Assembly (NCBI RefSeq): GCF_024298765.1
Contig: NZ_CP101210.1
Direction: 5' to 3' (one strand)
DNA length: 64,000 nucleotides
Source: Escherichia coli
GTDB taxonomy: Bacteria > Pseudomonadota > Gammaproteobacteria > Enterobacterales > Enterobacteriaceae
Position numbers and translations under genes: made by a program. The notes under the pieces are model-generated. The model saw nothing but the letters and a program-made list of their open reading frames with translations, was not told the origin of the DNA and searched no databases. Position 1 is the stretch's first letter. Each line of letters opens with the position of its first letter. Below, piece after piece: positions 10,439-20,575 of the stretch.

Positions 10439-11374
10439 ATGTCGCAAAATCAAGAAATTAGTAAGAAAGAACAATACAACCTGAACAAATTACAAAAACG
10501 TCTGCGTCGTAACGTGGGCGAAGCCATTGCTGACTTCAATATGATTGAAGAAGGCGATCGCATCATGGTTTGCCTCTCCGGGGGTAAAGACAGCTATACC
10601 ATGCTGGAAATTCTGCGCAATTTGCAGCAAAGCGCGCCAATCAATTTTTCGCTGGTGGCTGTTAACCTCGATCAAAAGCAACCGGGCTTCCCGGAACACG
10701 TTCTGCCCGAGTATCTTGAAAAGCTGGGCGTTGAGTACAAGATTGTGGAAGAGAACACTTACGGTATCGTGAAAGAGAAGATTCCGGAGGGCAAAACCAC
10801 TTGCTCACTGTGTTCTCGTCTTCGTCGCGGTATCCTTTATCGCACCGCAACGGAACTGGGGGCGACGAAGATCGCGCTGGGTCACCATCGTGACGATATC
10901 CTGCAAACGTTGTTCTTAAATATGTTCTACGGCGGCAAGATGAAAGGTATGCCTCCGAAACTGATGAGCGATGATGGCAAACATATTGTGATTCGTCCGC
11001 TGGCCTACTGCCGCGAGAAAGATATTCAGCGCTTTGCCGATGCAAAAGCGTTCCCGATTATTCCGTGCAACCTGTGCGGTTCACAGCCTAACCTGCAACG
11101 TCAGGTGATTGCTGACATGTTGCGTGACTGGGATAAACGTTATCCAGGGCGTATCGAGACGATGTTCAGCGCGATGCAGAATGTGGTGCCGTCGCATCTG
11201 TGCGATACCAACCTGTTCGATTTCAAAGGTATTACCCACGGTTCTGAAGTGGTTAACGGGGGTGATCTGGCGTTTGATCGCGAAGAGATCCCTCTACAAC
11301 CGGCGGGTTGGCAGCCTGAAGAAGATGAAAATCAGTTGGATGAGTTACGGCTGAATGTGGTTGAAGTGAAATAA
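10439..11374 (+). CDS. ttcA: tRNA 2-thiocytidine biosynthesis protein TtcA (PP-loop ATPase), with the native prophage-free N-terminus
   Basis: 311-aa ORF; PP-loop motif SGGKDS; CxxC pairs; N-terminus [12 protein letters not shown] differs from the remembered Rac-altered K-12 N-terminus. Confidence 0.93.
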   Translation: MSQNQEISKKEQYNLNKLQKRLRRNVGEAIADFNMIEEGDRIMVCLSGGKDSYTMLEILRNLQQSAPINFSLVAVNLDQKQPGFPEHVLPEYLEKLGVEYKIVEENTYGIVKEKIPEGKTTCSLCSRLRRGILYRTATELGATKIALGHHRDDILQTLFLNMFYGGKMKGMPPKLMSDDGKHIVIRPLAYCREKDIQRFADAKAFPIIPCNLCGSQPNLQRQVIADMLRDWDKRYPGRIETMFSAMQNVVPSHLCDTNLFDFKGITHGSEVVNGGDLAFDREEIPLQPAGWQPEEDENQLDELRLNVVEVK

Positions 11375-11375
11375 C

Positions 11376-11455
11376 CCGGATAGCGCCCGATGCGCAAGCT
11401 TACCGGGCTACTCTTATGGAGGCCGGATAAGACGCGGCCAGCGTCGCATCCGGCA
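11376..11455. repeat. REP/BIME palindromic units between convergent ttcA and dbpA
   Basis: Contains gccggataagacgcggccagcgtcgcatccggc, the classic E. coli REP consensus shape. Confidence 0.8.
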
Positions 11456-11502
11456 ATCCCGAAGAAGATGTTTACTCTTGCACCCTGCGATTCAACATTT
11501 CA

Positions 11503-12876
11503 TTATTTTAATAACCGCACCCGGCACGTTTTTCCTTTAATCTTCCCGCCCTGTAACTGTTTCCATGCTTTATGAGCAACAGCCTGACGCACCGCGACAT
11601 AGACATGCGCCGGATGCACGGCGATTTTGCCAATATCTGCGCCATCAAGCCCGATATCTCCTGTCAGCGCACCTAATACATCACCCGGGCGCATTTTGGC
11701 TTTTTTCCCGCCATCGATACATAACGTTGCCATTTCTGCTTCCAGCGGCACAATGGAACTATTAACTGGCGGCGTTTGCCAGTTAAGTTTTATCTGCAAC
11801 ATGTCAGAAATGATATTGGCCCGCTGTGCTTCTTCCGGGGCACAGAAACTGATCGCCAGACCGCTATTTCCTGCACGAGCTGTACGACCGATGCGATGTA
11901 CATGAACTTCAGGGTCCCACGCCAGCTCAAAGTTCACCACCAGCTCAAGCGATTTTATATCCAGACCACGCGCAGCAACATCAGTCGCGACCAGTACACG
12001 GGCGCTACCGTTAGCAAAACGTACCAGGGTCTGATCGCGATCGCGTTGCTCCAGATCGCCGTGTAACGACAATGCACTTTGCCCTACTTCATTCAGCGCG
12101 TCGCAGACAGACTGGCAATCTTTTTTGGTATTGCAAAACACCACGCAAGAGGATGGCTGATGCAAGCTTAATAACCGTTGCAACAGAGGAATTTTGCCTT
12201 TGCTGGATGTCTCATAAAATTGTTGTTCAATAGGTGGCAGAGCATCTGTTGAGTCAATTTCAATCGCTAAAGGATCGCGTTGCACTCTTCCGCTGATTGC
12301 GGCGATGGCTTCCGGCCAGGTTGCCGAAAACAGAAGCGTCTGTCGAGATGCTGGCGCAAAACGGATGACATCATCAATGGCATCGCTAAATCCCATATCC
12401 AGCATGCGGTCGGCCTCATCCATCACCAGCGTATTCAACGCATCCAGTGATACCGTGCCTTTTTGCAGATGATCCAGCATACGGCCCGGCGTTGCCACGA
12501 TAATATGCGGCGCATGTTGCAACGAATCACGCTGCATACCGAACGGTTGACCACCGCACAACGTCAAAATTTTGGTATTTGGCAGAAAACGCGCCAGCCG
12601 ACGCAATTCACCTGCCACCTGATCCGCCAGTTCACGCGTAGGACACAGCACTAAAGCCTGGGTTTGAAATAGCGACGCATCAATTTGCTGTAACAAGCCG
12701 AGGCCAAAAGCCGCCGTTTTGCCGCTGCCGGTTTTCGCCTGCACGCGAACATCTTTTCCGGCAAGGATCGTCGGAAGCGCGGCGGCCTGCACCGGCGTCA
12801 TGGTTAAATAACCCAACTCATTAAGGTTCGTGAGTTGGGCGGGAGGCAAAACATTCAGGGTAGAAAAAGCGGACAC
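11503..12876 (-). CDS. dbpA: ATP-dependent RNA helicase DbpA (DEAD-box, 23S rRNA-specific)
   Basis: 457-aa ORF; Walker A (GSGKT), DEAD box (VMDEAD), SAT and HRIGRTAR motifs all visible. Confidence 0.96.
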   Translation of the reverse strand: MSAFSTLNVLPPAQLTNLNELGYLTMTPVQAAALPTILAGKDVRVQAKTGSGKTAAFGLGLLQQIDASLFQTQALVLCPTRELADQVAGELRRLARFLPNTKILTLCGGQPFGMQRDSLQHAPHIIVATPGRMLDHLQKGTVSLDALNTLVMDEADRMLDMGFSDAIDDVIRFAPASRQTLLFSATWPEAIAAISGRVQRDPLAIEIDSTDALPPIEQQFYETSSKGKIPLLQRLLSLHQPSSCVVFCNTKKDCQSVCDALNEVGQSALSLHGDLEQRDRDQTLVRFANGSARVLVATDVAARGLDIKSLELVVNFELAWDPEVHVHRIGRTARAGNSGLAISFCAPEEAQRANIISDMLQIKLNWQTPPVNSSIVPLEAEMATLCIDGGKKAKMRPGDVLGALTGDIGLDGADIGKIAVHPAHVYVAVRQAVAHKAWKQLQGGKIKGKTCRVRLLK

Positions 12877-12905
12877 AATTTATTCTCGTGGTCATCGACG
12901 CAAAG

Positions 12906-13079
12906 TCAGCAGGCGCGTATCCTCGCAGATCTACGCTCACGATGCGACAATTTAATCGGTTCTTCGTCGGGTGGTGGGTCAGGCATGGGTTGCGGGCGAG
13001 GGATCGGATCGGGCACTGGAACAGGATCGCCAGGAATCGGTTCAGGGACAGGAATTTGCAAATAAATAAGTGTCGTCAT
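12906..13079 (-). CDS. Candidate proline-rich small protein (57 aa) between fnrS and dbpA
   Basis: Reverse-strand ORF MTTLIYLQIPVPEPIPGDPVPVPDPIPRPQPMPDPPPDEEPIKLSHRERRSARIRAC; GGAGG 5 nt upstream of the ATG; ends 30 nt before the dbpA start; may correspond to an annotated K-12 small protein but I cannot confirm the name. Confidence 0.4.
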   Translation of the reverse strand: MTTLIYLQIPVPEPIPGDPVPVPDPIPRPQPMPDPPPDEEPIKLSHRERRSARIRAC

Positions 13080-13136
13080 ATTTCCCTCCGGTCATTGGGT
13101 GGACTCTTAAAGGGTAGACGCTGACAAATAACAGGC

Positions 13137-13258
13137 AAAAAAAAGCCGACTCATCAAAGTCGGCGTCGTACGAATCAATTGTGCTATGCAGTAATTCAAA
13201 AAAGGAAGTAAGACAATATGGAGCGCAACGCCCATCGCTTGACGTTGCATTCACCTGC
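13137..13258 (-). ncRNA. fnrS: FnrS sRNA (FNR-activated, anaerobic)
   Basis: Reverse complement reads GCAGGTGAATGCAACGTCAAGCGATGGGCGTTGCGCTCCATATTGTCTTACTTCC...GACTTTGATGAGTCGGCTTTTTTTT with terminal hairpin and U tail; located between zntB and dbpA. Confidence 0.9.
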
Positions 13259-13293
13259 AAGAGAGATATTGCCCTGAATGGGTAGAGAGTTTA

Positions 13294-13307
13294 TTGACTT
13301 CGCTCAA
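13294..13307 (-). promoter_or_regulatory. FNR box centred about 42 bp upstream of the fnrS 5' end (class II activation position)
   Basis: TTGACttcgCTCAA approximates the FNR consensus TTGAT-N4-ATCAA with one half-site mismatch. Confidence 0.7.
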
Positions 13308-13353
13308 ACTTTGCGGCGTTTTTGTATACAGACAGCCGGGAAAATTGCTTTTG

Positions 13354-14358
<1,005 letters not shown>

Positions 14359-14591
14359 TTATTTTGTAGTCTAGCCTTCTGGCCCTGTTACGCAACATCT
14401 CATCACCCCATTACCCTGAAATGATTAATAAAATTCTGTCTAAATTGAATACAAAAAGCAAAATGCTTTTCCATATACAAACCGTGTGAAGTGTTAAATA
14501 GCGTCTATCATTATCAGAATTATCTGATCATATGACGTGGCTTTTTTGCGATCGGATAGCAACAAAAATTGATAAAAATAACGGGATCTCA

Positions 14592-15824
14592 ATGATTACG
14601 CACAACTTCAATACCCTGGACTTACTCACCAGTCCTGTCTGGATCGTTTCGCCCTTTGAGGAACAGTTAATTTATGCCAACAGCGCGGCGCGACTGTTGA
14701 TGCAAGACCTCACGTTTAGTCAGCTACGAACCGGTCCCTATTCCGTCTCCTCACAAAAAGAACTGCCGAAATACCTCTCCGATCTGCAAAACCAACACGA
14801 TATTATCGAAATCCTCACCGTTCAGCGCAATGAAGAGGAAACAGCATTGAGCTGTCGGCTTGTTTTGCGAAAGCTGACAGAAGCAGAACCGGTGATTATT
14901 TTCGAAGGTATCGAAGCACCGGCAACGCTGGGTTTAAAAGCCAGTCGCTCGGCAAATTATCAGCGCAAAAAACAAGGTTTTTATGCGCGCTTTTTTCTGA
15001 CTAACTCTGCACCAATGTTGTTGATTGACCCCTCACGAGATGGCCAAATCGTCGATGCTAACCTCGCCGCGCTCAATTTCTATGGCTATAACCATGAAAC
15101 GATGTGCCAGAAACATACTTGGGAAATAAATATGCTCGGGCGACGCGTCATGCCTATCATGCATGAAATTTCGCATTTACCCGGTGGCCATAAGCCTTTG
15201 AATTTTGTTCATAAACTGGCGGATGGTTCGACTCGTCATGTGCAGACCTATGCCGGTCCGATTGAAATTTATGGCGACAAGCTCATGTTATGTATTGTGC
15301 ATGATATTACTGAGCAAAAACGGCTGGAGGAGCAGCTGGAACATGCTGCCCACCATGACGCGATGACCGGATTACTGAATCGGCGACAGTTTTATCACAT
15401 TACCGAGCCAGGCCAAATGCAGCACCTCGCCATCGCTCAGGATTACAGCTTATTGCTCATCGACACCGATCGTTTTAAACACATTAACGATCTCTATGGG
15501 CATTCTAAAGGTGATGAGGTGTTATGCGCCCTCGCCCGCACCCTCGAAAGTTGCGCTCGCAAAGGCGATTTGGTGTTTCGTTGGGGAGGCGAAGAGTTTG
15601 TCTTATTGCTACCAAGAACCCCACTGGATACCGCGCTTTCGCTGGCTGAAACTATCCGCGTAAGCGTGGCAAAAGTGAGTATTTCGGGCTTACCACGCTT
15701 TACCGTCAGCATTGGTGTGGCGCATCACGAAGGAAATGAAAGCATCGATGAACTGTTTAAACGCGTTGATGATGCTTTGTATCGGGCGAAAAATGATGGA
15801 CGCAACCGCGTGCTGGCGGCATAA
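14592..15824 (+). CDS. dgcM: Diguanylate cyclase DgcM (PAS-PAS-GGDEF)
   Basis: ORF 14532..15824; start preferred at MITHNFNTLDLL (410 aa); GGDEF active site RWGGEEF present. Confidence 0.93.
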   Translation: MITHNFNTLDLLTSPVWIVSPFEEQLIYANSAARLLMQDLTFSQLRTGPYSVSSQKELPKYLSDLQNQHDIIEILTVQRNEEETALSCRLVLRKLTEAEPVIIFEGIEAPATLGLKASRSANYQRKKQGFYARFFLTNSAPMLLIDPSRDGQIVDANLAALNFYGYNHETMCQKHTWEINMLGRRVMPIMHEISHLPGGHKPLNFVHKLADGSTRHVQTYAGPIEIYGDKLMLCIVHDITEQKRLEEQLEHAAHHDAMTGLLNRRQFYHITEPGQMQHLAIAQDYSLLLIDTDRFKHINDLYGHSKGDEVLCALARTLESCARKGDLVFRWGGEEFVLLLPRTPLDTALSLAETIRVSVAKVSISGLPRFTVSIGVAHHEGNESIDELFKRVDDALYRAKNDGRNRVLAA

Positions 15825-15844
15825 GCCGCGGATGCGTCTCGAGA

Positions 15845-16408
15845 TCAACGGCTGCGCTTAGCGTGGCGCTCCCAGTTTTCTTGCTTCGCCTGCGCCGTTT
15901 TACGTAGTGCGACGTAACACGCCCCGCTGCCGCCATGATGCGGTAGCGCGGTGCAATATGCCTGAACATCATCAAATTCGGTCAGCCAGCGCGCCACATA
16001 GCTGCGGACAATATTGGCATGCGATTTATCATCCCGCCCTTTACCATGAATAATCAGCACGTTACGCAAACCATCCGCCATGGCTTGTTGAATGAAACTG
16101 AACATCATTTTGCGGCACTCTTCCACCGGCTGGCGCAAAAGATTCAGGCTCGCCTGTTGCGGATATTTACCACTGCGCAGCTTATCCAGCACCCCATGTT
16201 GCAACCCTTCCCGCCGAAACTCCAGCGGCTGACTTAGCGGGATGATGTCGAGAAATCCGGTGGTGAGGAAATTATCAAGTTGCAGCGTGTCGATACGCTG
16301 CGGCGCACGTTGGTTACGCGTTGGATGCCAGTGGACATCTGTAGCACGTTTCAGCGGCTGGACATCTTCCATGGCGTCAAGAAACAGCGATTTGTCGTCA
16401 AGGTTCAT
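15845..16408 (-). CDS. smrA: Smr-domain DNA endonuclease SmrA
   Basis: 187-aa ORF; Smr domain (LIIHGKGRDDKS...); synteny next to dgcM. Confidence 0.9.
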   Translation of the reverse strand: MNLDDKSLFLDAMEDVQPLKRATDVHWHPTRNQRAPQRIDTLQLDNFLTTGFLDIIPLSQPLEFRREGLQHGVLDKLRSGKYPQQASLNLLRQPVEECRKMMFSFIQQAMADGLRNVLIIHGKGRDDKSHANIVRSYVARWLTEFDDVQAYCTALPHHGGSGACYVALRKTAQAKQENWERHAKRSR

Positions 16409-16602
16409 GTAACCTCCTATGCACCTTCACACGTCGTGATTCAGACGGGTTAATTGTTCATACTTACTGCATCGTTCCCTTCACAGATTGAAACAATACT
16501 CTACTTCATACCTGTGAGTATCTGCGCAGGCGGGGCATTTTATACTAGCCTGTTAGCAGTATCGAACAGTTTAGCCCGAGTTTAATTCAGCACAGGCTCC
16601 GA

Positions 16603-18117
16603 TCAGGATGATTTATTCATAGCAGGAACCAACAAAAATGCGATAAATAACAGACCACTGATTAGCAGAAAGGTATCCGAAAATGCCATAGTTTGCGCCT
16701 CCCTCAGCATCAACTGACTCAATAATTTGGTTGAAGCCAGTATTTCCGATGTCTGGTCACTTCCACTGCGATTAAAAAACAAAGCACTTCTGGAAATGAA
16801 GTCATTCACCGTATGGGGAACAGAAACCATTTTTTCACCCATTCTCGAAAAATGAAAATTAGTTCGATTATTGAGAATAGAGCCACACAGGGCAATACCA
16901 ATCGCGCCCCCAAGATTACGTGTTAAATTAAATACACCAGAGGCTAACTTCAGCCGTTCCTTTGGAATTCCCCCCAGCGTTAATGTTACGATGGGGGCCA
17001 TCGCAAACTGCTGCGAAATCCCTCTAATTGCCTGTGGAAACAGTAACTCCTGCCATCCCCATTCGTGGGTTATAGGGGTAAAAAGATACATTGAAAACAC
17101 AAATCCACCCAGCCCCGCCATCAACAGCCATCGCAGATTTATTTTTTTACTTAACCAGAAGTAAAAGGGAACAGAAAATAACTGGAAAATACCTGTTGTG
17201 CAAACGGCAAAACCTATCTCTTCGGCATTTAATCCGCGAACCTGCCCCAAAAACACAGGTATTAAATATACAGTAGAGAATATCCCAACCCCTCCAGAAA
17301 AAGAAAAAAAACATCCCAGCGTGAAATTTTTATCCTTAAAAGCATGAAGATCCATTATCGGATTGGATATTGTAAGTGTACGCGCAGCAAATAAAATAAA
17401 ACTCACCAATGCCAGAACTGATGTCAGCAAAATAGTATTATCATCCAGCCATCCCCAGCGCGCTCCTTCTTCAAGGGTATATTCCAGACATCCCAGTGTC
17501 ATGGCCAACAGGATAATACTCGGATAATCAGCAACTTTCAGTAAAGAGAGATCAGGTTTATCAAAATTAACCAGAAAAGGAATACTCAAAACTAAATATA
17601 TGCCAGGTAATATATTGATATAAAATAGCCATCGCCAGTCGAGGTTATCAGTGATCCAGCCCCCCAGAGTTGGCCCTAGCGTCGGTGACAGTGAGGCCAG
17701 CGCACTGACTACCGCAGCAGCCAACCCCAACTCTTTACCCTGGTAATAAATAAACGCCGTCGTGAAAACTAAAGGGATCATGGATGCGCCAGCCGCTCCC
17801 TGTAAAGCACGAAACAAAATCATGATCTGAATATTCCATGCAAGTCCACACGCGATACTCATTAAAGTAAATATTCCCGCGGATAGAGTAAAAAGCCAAC
17901 GAGTGGAAAATACCCGTGACAGCCACCCAGAGAGCGGAATAACAATAATCTCAGCAATTAAATAGCTGGTCTGAAGCCAGGCCATTTCGTCTTTACCTGC
18001 GGACAGACCACCACCTATTTCATTTAGGGATGACGATACAATTTGAATATCAAGCTGAGCAATAAATAATCCCATACACATACTGGCGAAAGCAATATGT
18101 TTACGCATAGACATCAT
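16603..18117 (-). CDS. MFS drug efflux transporter, EmrB/QacA (DHA2, 14-TMS) type; not a K-12 gene at this position
   Basis: 504-aa hydrophobic ORF with MFS architecture; start overlaps the stop of the upstream HlyD-family gene by 4 nt (operon). Confidence 0.8.
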   Translation of the reverse strand: MMSMRKHIAFASMCMGLFIAQLDIQIVSSSLNEIGGGLSAGKDEMAWLQTSYLIAEIIVIPLSGWLSRVFSTRWLFTLSAGIFTLMSIACGLAWNIQIMILFRALQGAAGASMIPLVFTTAFIYYQGKELGLAAAVVSALASLSPTLGPTLGGWITDNLDWRWLFYINILPGIYLVLSIPFLVNFDKPDLSLLKVADYPSIILLAMTLGCLEYTLEEGARWGWLDDNTILLTSVLALVSFILFAARTLTISNPIMDLHAFKDKNFTLGCFFSFSGGVGIFSTVYLIPVFLGQVRGLNAEEIGFAVCTTGIFQLFSVPFYFWLSKKINLRWLLMAGLGGFVFSMYLFTPITHEWGWQELLFPQAIRGISQQFAMAPIVTLTLGGIPKERLKLASGVFNLTRNLGGAIGIALCGSILNNRTNFHFSRMGEKMVSVPHTVNDFISRSALFFNRSGSDQTSEILASTKLLSQLMLREAQTMAFSDTFLLISGLLFIAFLLVPAMNKSS

Positions 18118-19145
18118 CTCTCATCGACACTGACGGTGACGGACAGTCCCGGGCGAAGAAGTTGCTTTAATTCCTTTGCGTCGTCAAATGCAATCCGTAC
18201 CGGGACACGCTGAACAATTTTGGTGAAATTGCCAGTGGCATTTTCTATCGGAATCAAGCTGAAACTGGCTCCTGTCGCTGGGGAAAGGCTTTCAATGTGA
18301 CCGTGAAACACTTCCCCTTTGAGAATATCAGCACGGATCTCAGCCTTCATTCCTGGCTTCATTCCCGCTATTTGGTTTTCTTTATAATTTGCATCAACCC
18401 ACAACTCACTGACTGGTACAAGTGAAACTAACGATGTGCCGCCTTCCACCCAACTGCCTGTATGGGCGCTGCGGTTTGCGACAATGCCATCAATCGGCGC
18501 ACGAACAAGGGTATATTCCAGATCCAGTAGTGCCTGAGTCAAAGCGGCCTGAACTTCTTCGATACTCGCACGTACGTTTTCTTCCTGAGCAGATAAAACT
18601 GCCAGCCGTTGCTTCTCCACCAGGAAATCGTTCGCGGCTTTGCGCTCCTTTGCTGCGACCTGCTGGTAGTCAAACCTGGCGTTATCAATAATTTGCTGCG
18701 ATATTGCCGCTGATTGTACGAGTTTTTCATAACGTTCAGTATCTCGCAGGCGCTTTTGCTCCTCATGTTTTACTGCCTGCCATGTTTCACTGGCACTTTG
18801 AATTATCGACTGCTGCATCGTAATAGTGGCTTGAATGCTTTCGAGATTGGCTTTTCTACTTTTTATTTTTGCCTCAAGCCTGGCGACATTTGCACGATAA
18901 TCCCGATCATCGAGACGCAGGATAATATCGCCTTTTTTTACGCTCTGATTATCACGCACCTCTATAGCAGAAATATAACCAGAAACTTTACTTGCCACCG
19001 TGGTAATATTACCACCAATGTAAGCATCATCCGTCGTCTGTATAAATCTTCCTTTGCTTACCCACCAGATAAAAAAGACAACGCCAGCCAAAATAATACC
19101 GATCGCTACTACCCCAATAAGCTGTTTTTTAGAAATTATCATCAC
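18114..19145 (-). CDS. HlyD-family membrane fusion protein (EmrA-like periplasmic adaptor)
   Basis: 343-aa ORF: N-terminal TM anchor (VVAIGIILAGVVFFIWW), long coiled-coil region, C-terminal beta-barrel-like domain; translationally coupled to the MFS gene. Confidence 0.8.
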   Translation of the reverse strand: MMIISKKQLIGVVAIGIILAGVVFFIWWVSKGRFIQTTDDAYIGGNITTVASKVSGYISAIEVRDNQSVKKGDIILRLDDRDYRANVARLEAKIKSRKANLESIQATITMQQSIIQSASETWQAVKHEEQKRLRDTERYEKLVQSAAISQQIIDNARFDYQQVAAKERKAANDFLVEKQRLAVLSAQEENVRASIEEVQAALTQALLDLEYTLVRAPIDGIVANRSAHTGSWVEGGTSLVSLVPVSELWVDANYKENQIAGMKPGMKAEIRADILKGEVFHGHIESLSPATGASFSLIPIENATGNFTKIVQRVPVRIAFDDAKELKQLLRPGLSVTVSVDER

Positions 19146-19500
19146 TCTTTACACCGTATATATCCGGAAACTTGCATTCGCCATATTTAAAATTTAACAT
19201 GGCTTATTTGATGATTTCTGACAAAATACCTACTGTAAATGACAATCACACTGCAACCCAAAGCATCACCAGGGCATCACATTATCGGACTGGATTCGGA
19301 ACATCTGAATGGAGGCACAGTTCCCTGGCATAAACATCTCTATGCCCAGTTGCTTTACCCGGCTGAAGGAGTCGTTCGTGTATGGGCTGGAGAAAGCGTC
19401 TGGCTAGTGCATGCCAGCAGCGCGCTTTGGCTGCCCCCACAAATGCCGCATAAGTTTGTTGCGACAGGCAACGTACTTTTAAAAACCGTACTGGTTTCAG

Positions 19501-19509
19501 AAGCGGAAA
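19501..19509. repeat. Left copy of the 9-bp target site duplication (AAGCGGAAA)
   Basis: Identical 9-mer directly abuts both ends of the IS (19501..19509 and 20567..20575). Confidence 0.9.
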
Positions 19510-20566
19510 GGCTTTGTTGAATAAATCAAATTTCGGGTAAGTCTCCCCCGTAGCGGGTTGTGTTTTCAGGCAATACGCACGCTTTCAGGTATACCTGCTT
19601 TCGTCATTTTGTTCAGCGCTCGTACCAGGGCCATAGCCTCCGCAACCTGACCATCGTAGTCACGCAGCGTCAGTGCCCCCCCGAACAGCTGTTTTACCCG
19701 GTACATCGCCGTTTCCGCTATCGAGCGACGGTTGTAATCTGTTGTCCATTTCCACCGCGCATTACTCCCGGTCATTCGCTGATTAGCCACTGCACGGTTA
19801 CGGTCTGCATATTCACCGGGCCAGTAACCCGCACCTTTTCGGGGAGGGATAAGCGCGCTGATTTTCTTACGCCGCAGTTCATCGTGACATAGCCGGGTAT
19901 CGTAAGCGCCATCGGCGGCGGCTGACCTGATTTTCCGGTGGGTTTGCCGGATTAACCCGGGGAAGGCCTCTGAGTCCGTAACGTTGTTCAGCGACAGGTC
20001 TGCACAGATGATTTCATGTGTTTTACTGTCAACGGCGAGATGCAGCTTACGCCAGATACGGCGGCGTTCCTGGCCATGCTTTTTGACTTTCCACTCGCCT
20101 TCACCGAAGACCTTCAGCCCGGTGGAATCAATCACCAGATGTGCGATTTCACCCCGGGTGGGCGTTTTGAAACTGACATTAACCGACTTTGCCCGCCTGC
20201 TGACACAGCTGTAATCCGGGCAGCGTAGCGGAACGTTCATCAGAGAAAAAATGGAATCAATAAAGCCCTGCGCAGCGCGCAGGGTCAGCCTGAATACGCG
20301 TTTAATGACCAGCACAGTCGTGATGGCAAGGTCAGAATAGCGCTGAGGTCTGCCTCGTGAAGAAGGTGTTGCTGACTCATACCAGGCCTGAATAGCTTCA
20401 TCATCCAGCCAGAAAGTTATGGAGCCACGGTTGATGAGGGCTTTATTGTAGGTGGGCCAGTTGGTGATTTTGAACTTTTGCTTTGCCACGGAACGGTCTG
20501 CGTTGTCGGGAAGATACGTGATCTGATCCTTCAACTCAGCAAAAGTTCGATTTATTCAACAAAGCC
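19510..20566 (-). mobile_element. IS903-like insertion sequence (IS5 family, IS903 group), 1057 bp
   Basis: Terminal 18-bp inverted repeats GGCTTTGTTGAATAAATC at 19510..19527 and, inverted, at 20549..20566; right end matches the remembered IS903 end GGCTTTGTTGAATAAATCGAACTTTTGCTGAGTTGAAGGATCAGATC; single transposase ORF; flanked by 9-bp direct repeats. Confidence 0.92.
19566..20534 (-). CDS. IS903-family DDE transposase
   Basis: 322-aa ORF (true start may be internal) resembling the remembered IS903 transposase (e.g. GRPQRYSDLAI..., WRKLHLAVD...THEIICADLSLNNVTD...); transcribed toward the HlyD/MFS genes. Confidence 0.9.
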   Translation of the reverse strand: MKDQITYLPDNADRSVAKQKFKITNWPTYNKALINRGSITFWLDDEAIQAWYESATPSSRGRPQRYSDLAITTVLVIKRVFRLTLRAAQGFIDSIFSLMNVPLRCPDYSCVSRRAKSVNVSFKTPTRGEIAHLVIDSTGLKVFGEGEWKVKKHGQERRRIWRKLHLAVDSKTHEIICADLSLNNVTDSEAFPGLIRQTHRKIRSAAADGAYDTRLCHDELRRKKISALIPPRKGAGYWPGEYADRNRAVANQRMTGSNARWKWTTDYNRRSIAETAMYRVKQLFGGALTLRDYDGQVAEAMALVRALNKMTKAGIPESVRIA

Positions 20567-20575
20567 AAGCGGAAA
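20567..20575. repeat. Right copy of the 9-bp target site duplication (AAGCGGAAA)
   Basis: See left copy. Confidence 0.9.

Noticed and set aside
12835-13065. 76-aa glycine-rich plus-strand ORF (GSSSGGGSGMGCGRGIGSGTGTGSPGIGSGTG)
   Set aside because: It is the antisense mirror of the proline-rich minus-strand ORF (GGN opposite CCN codons), begins inside the dbpA 5' end, and has no convincing ribosome-binding site; the minus-strand frame with its GGAGG is the more plausible coding strand.
13042-13260. 72-aa minus-strand ORF overlapping fnrS
   Set aside because: It is the FnrS sRNA region read as protein; the sequence matches the sRNA with its terminator.
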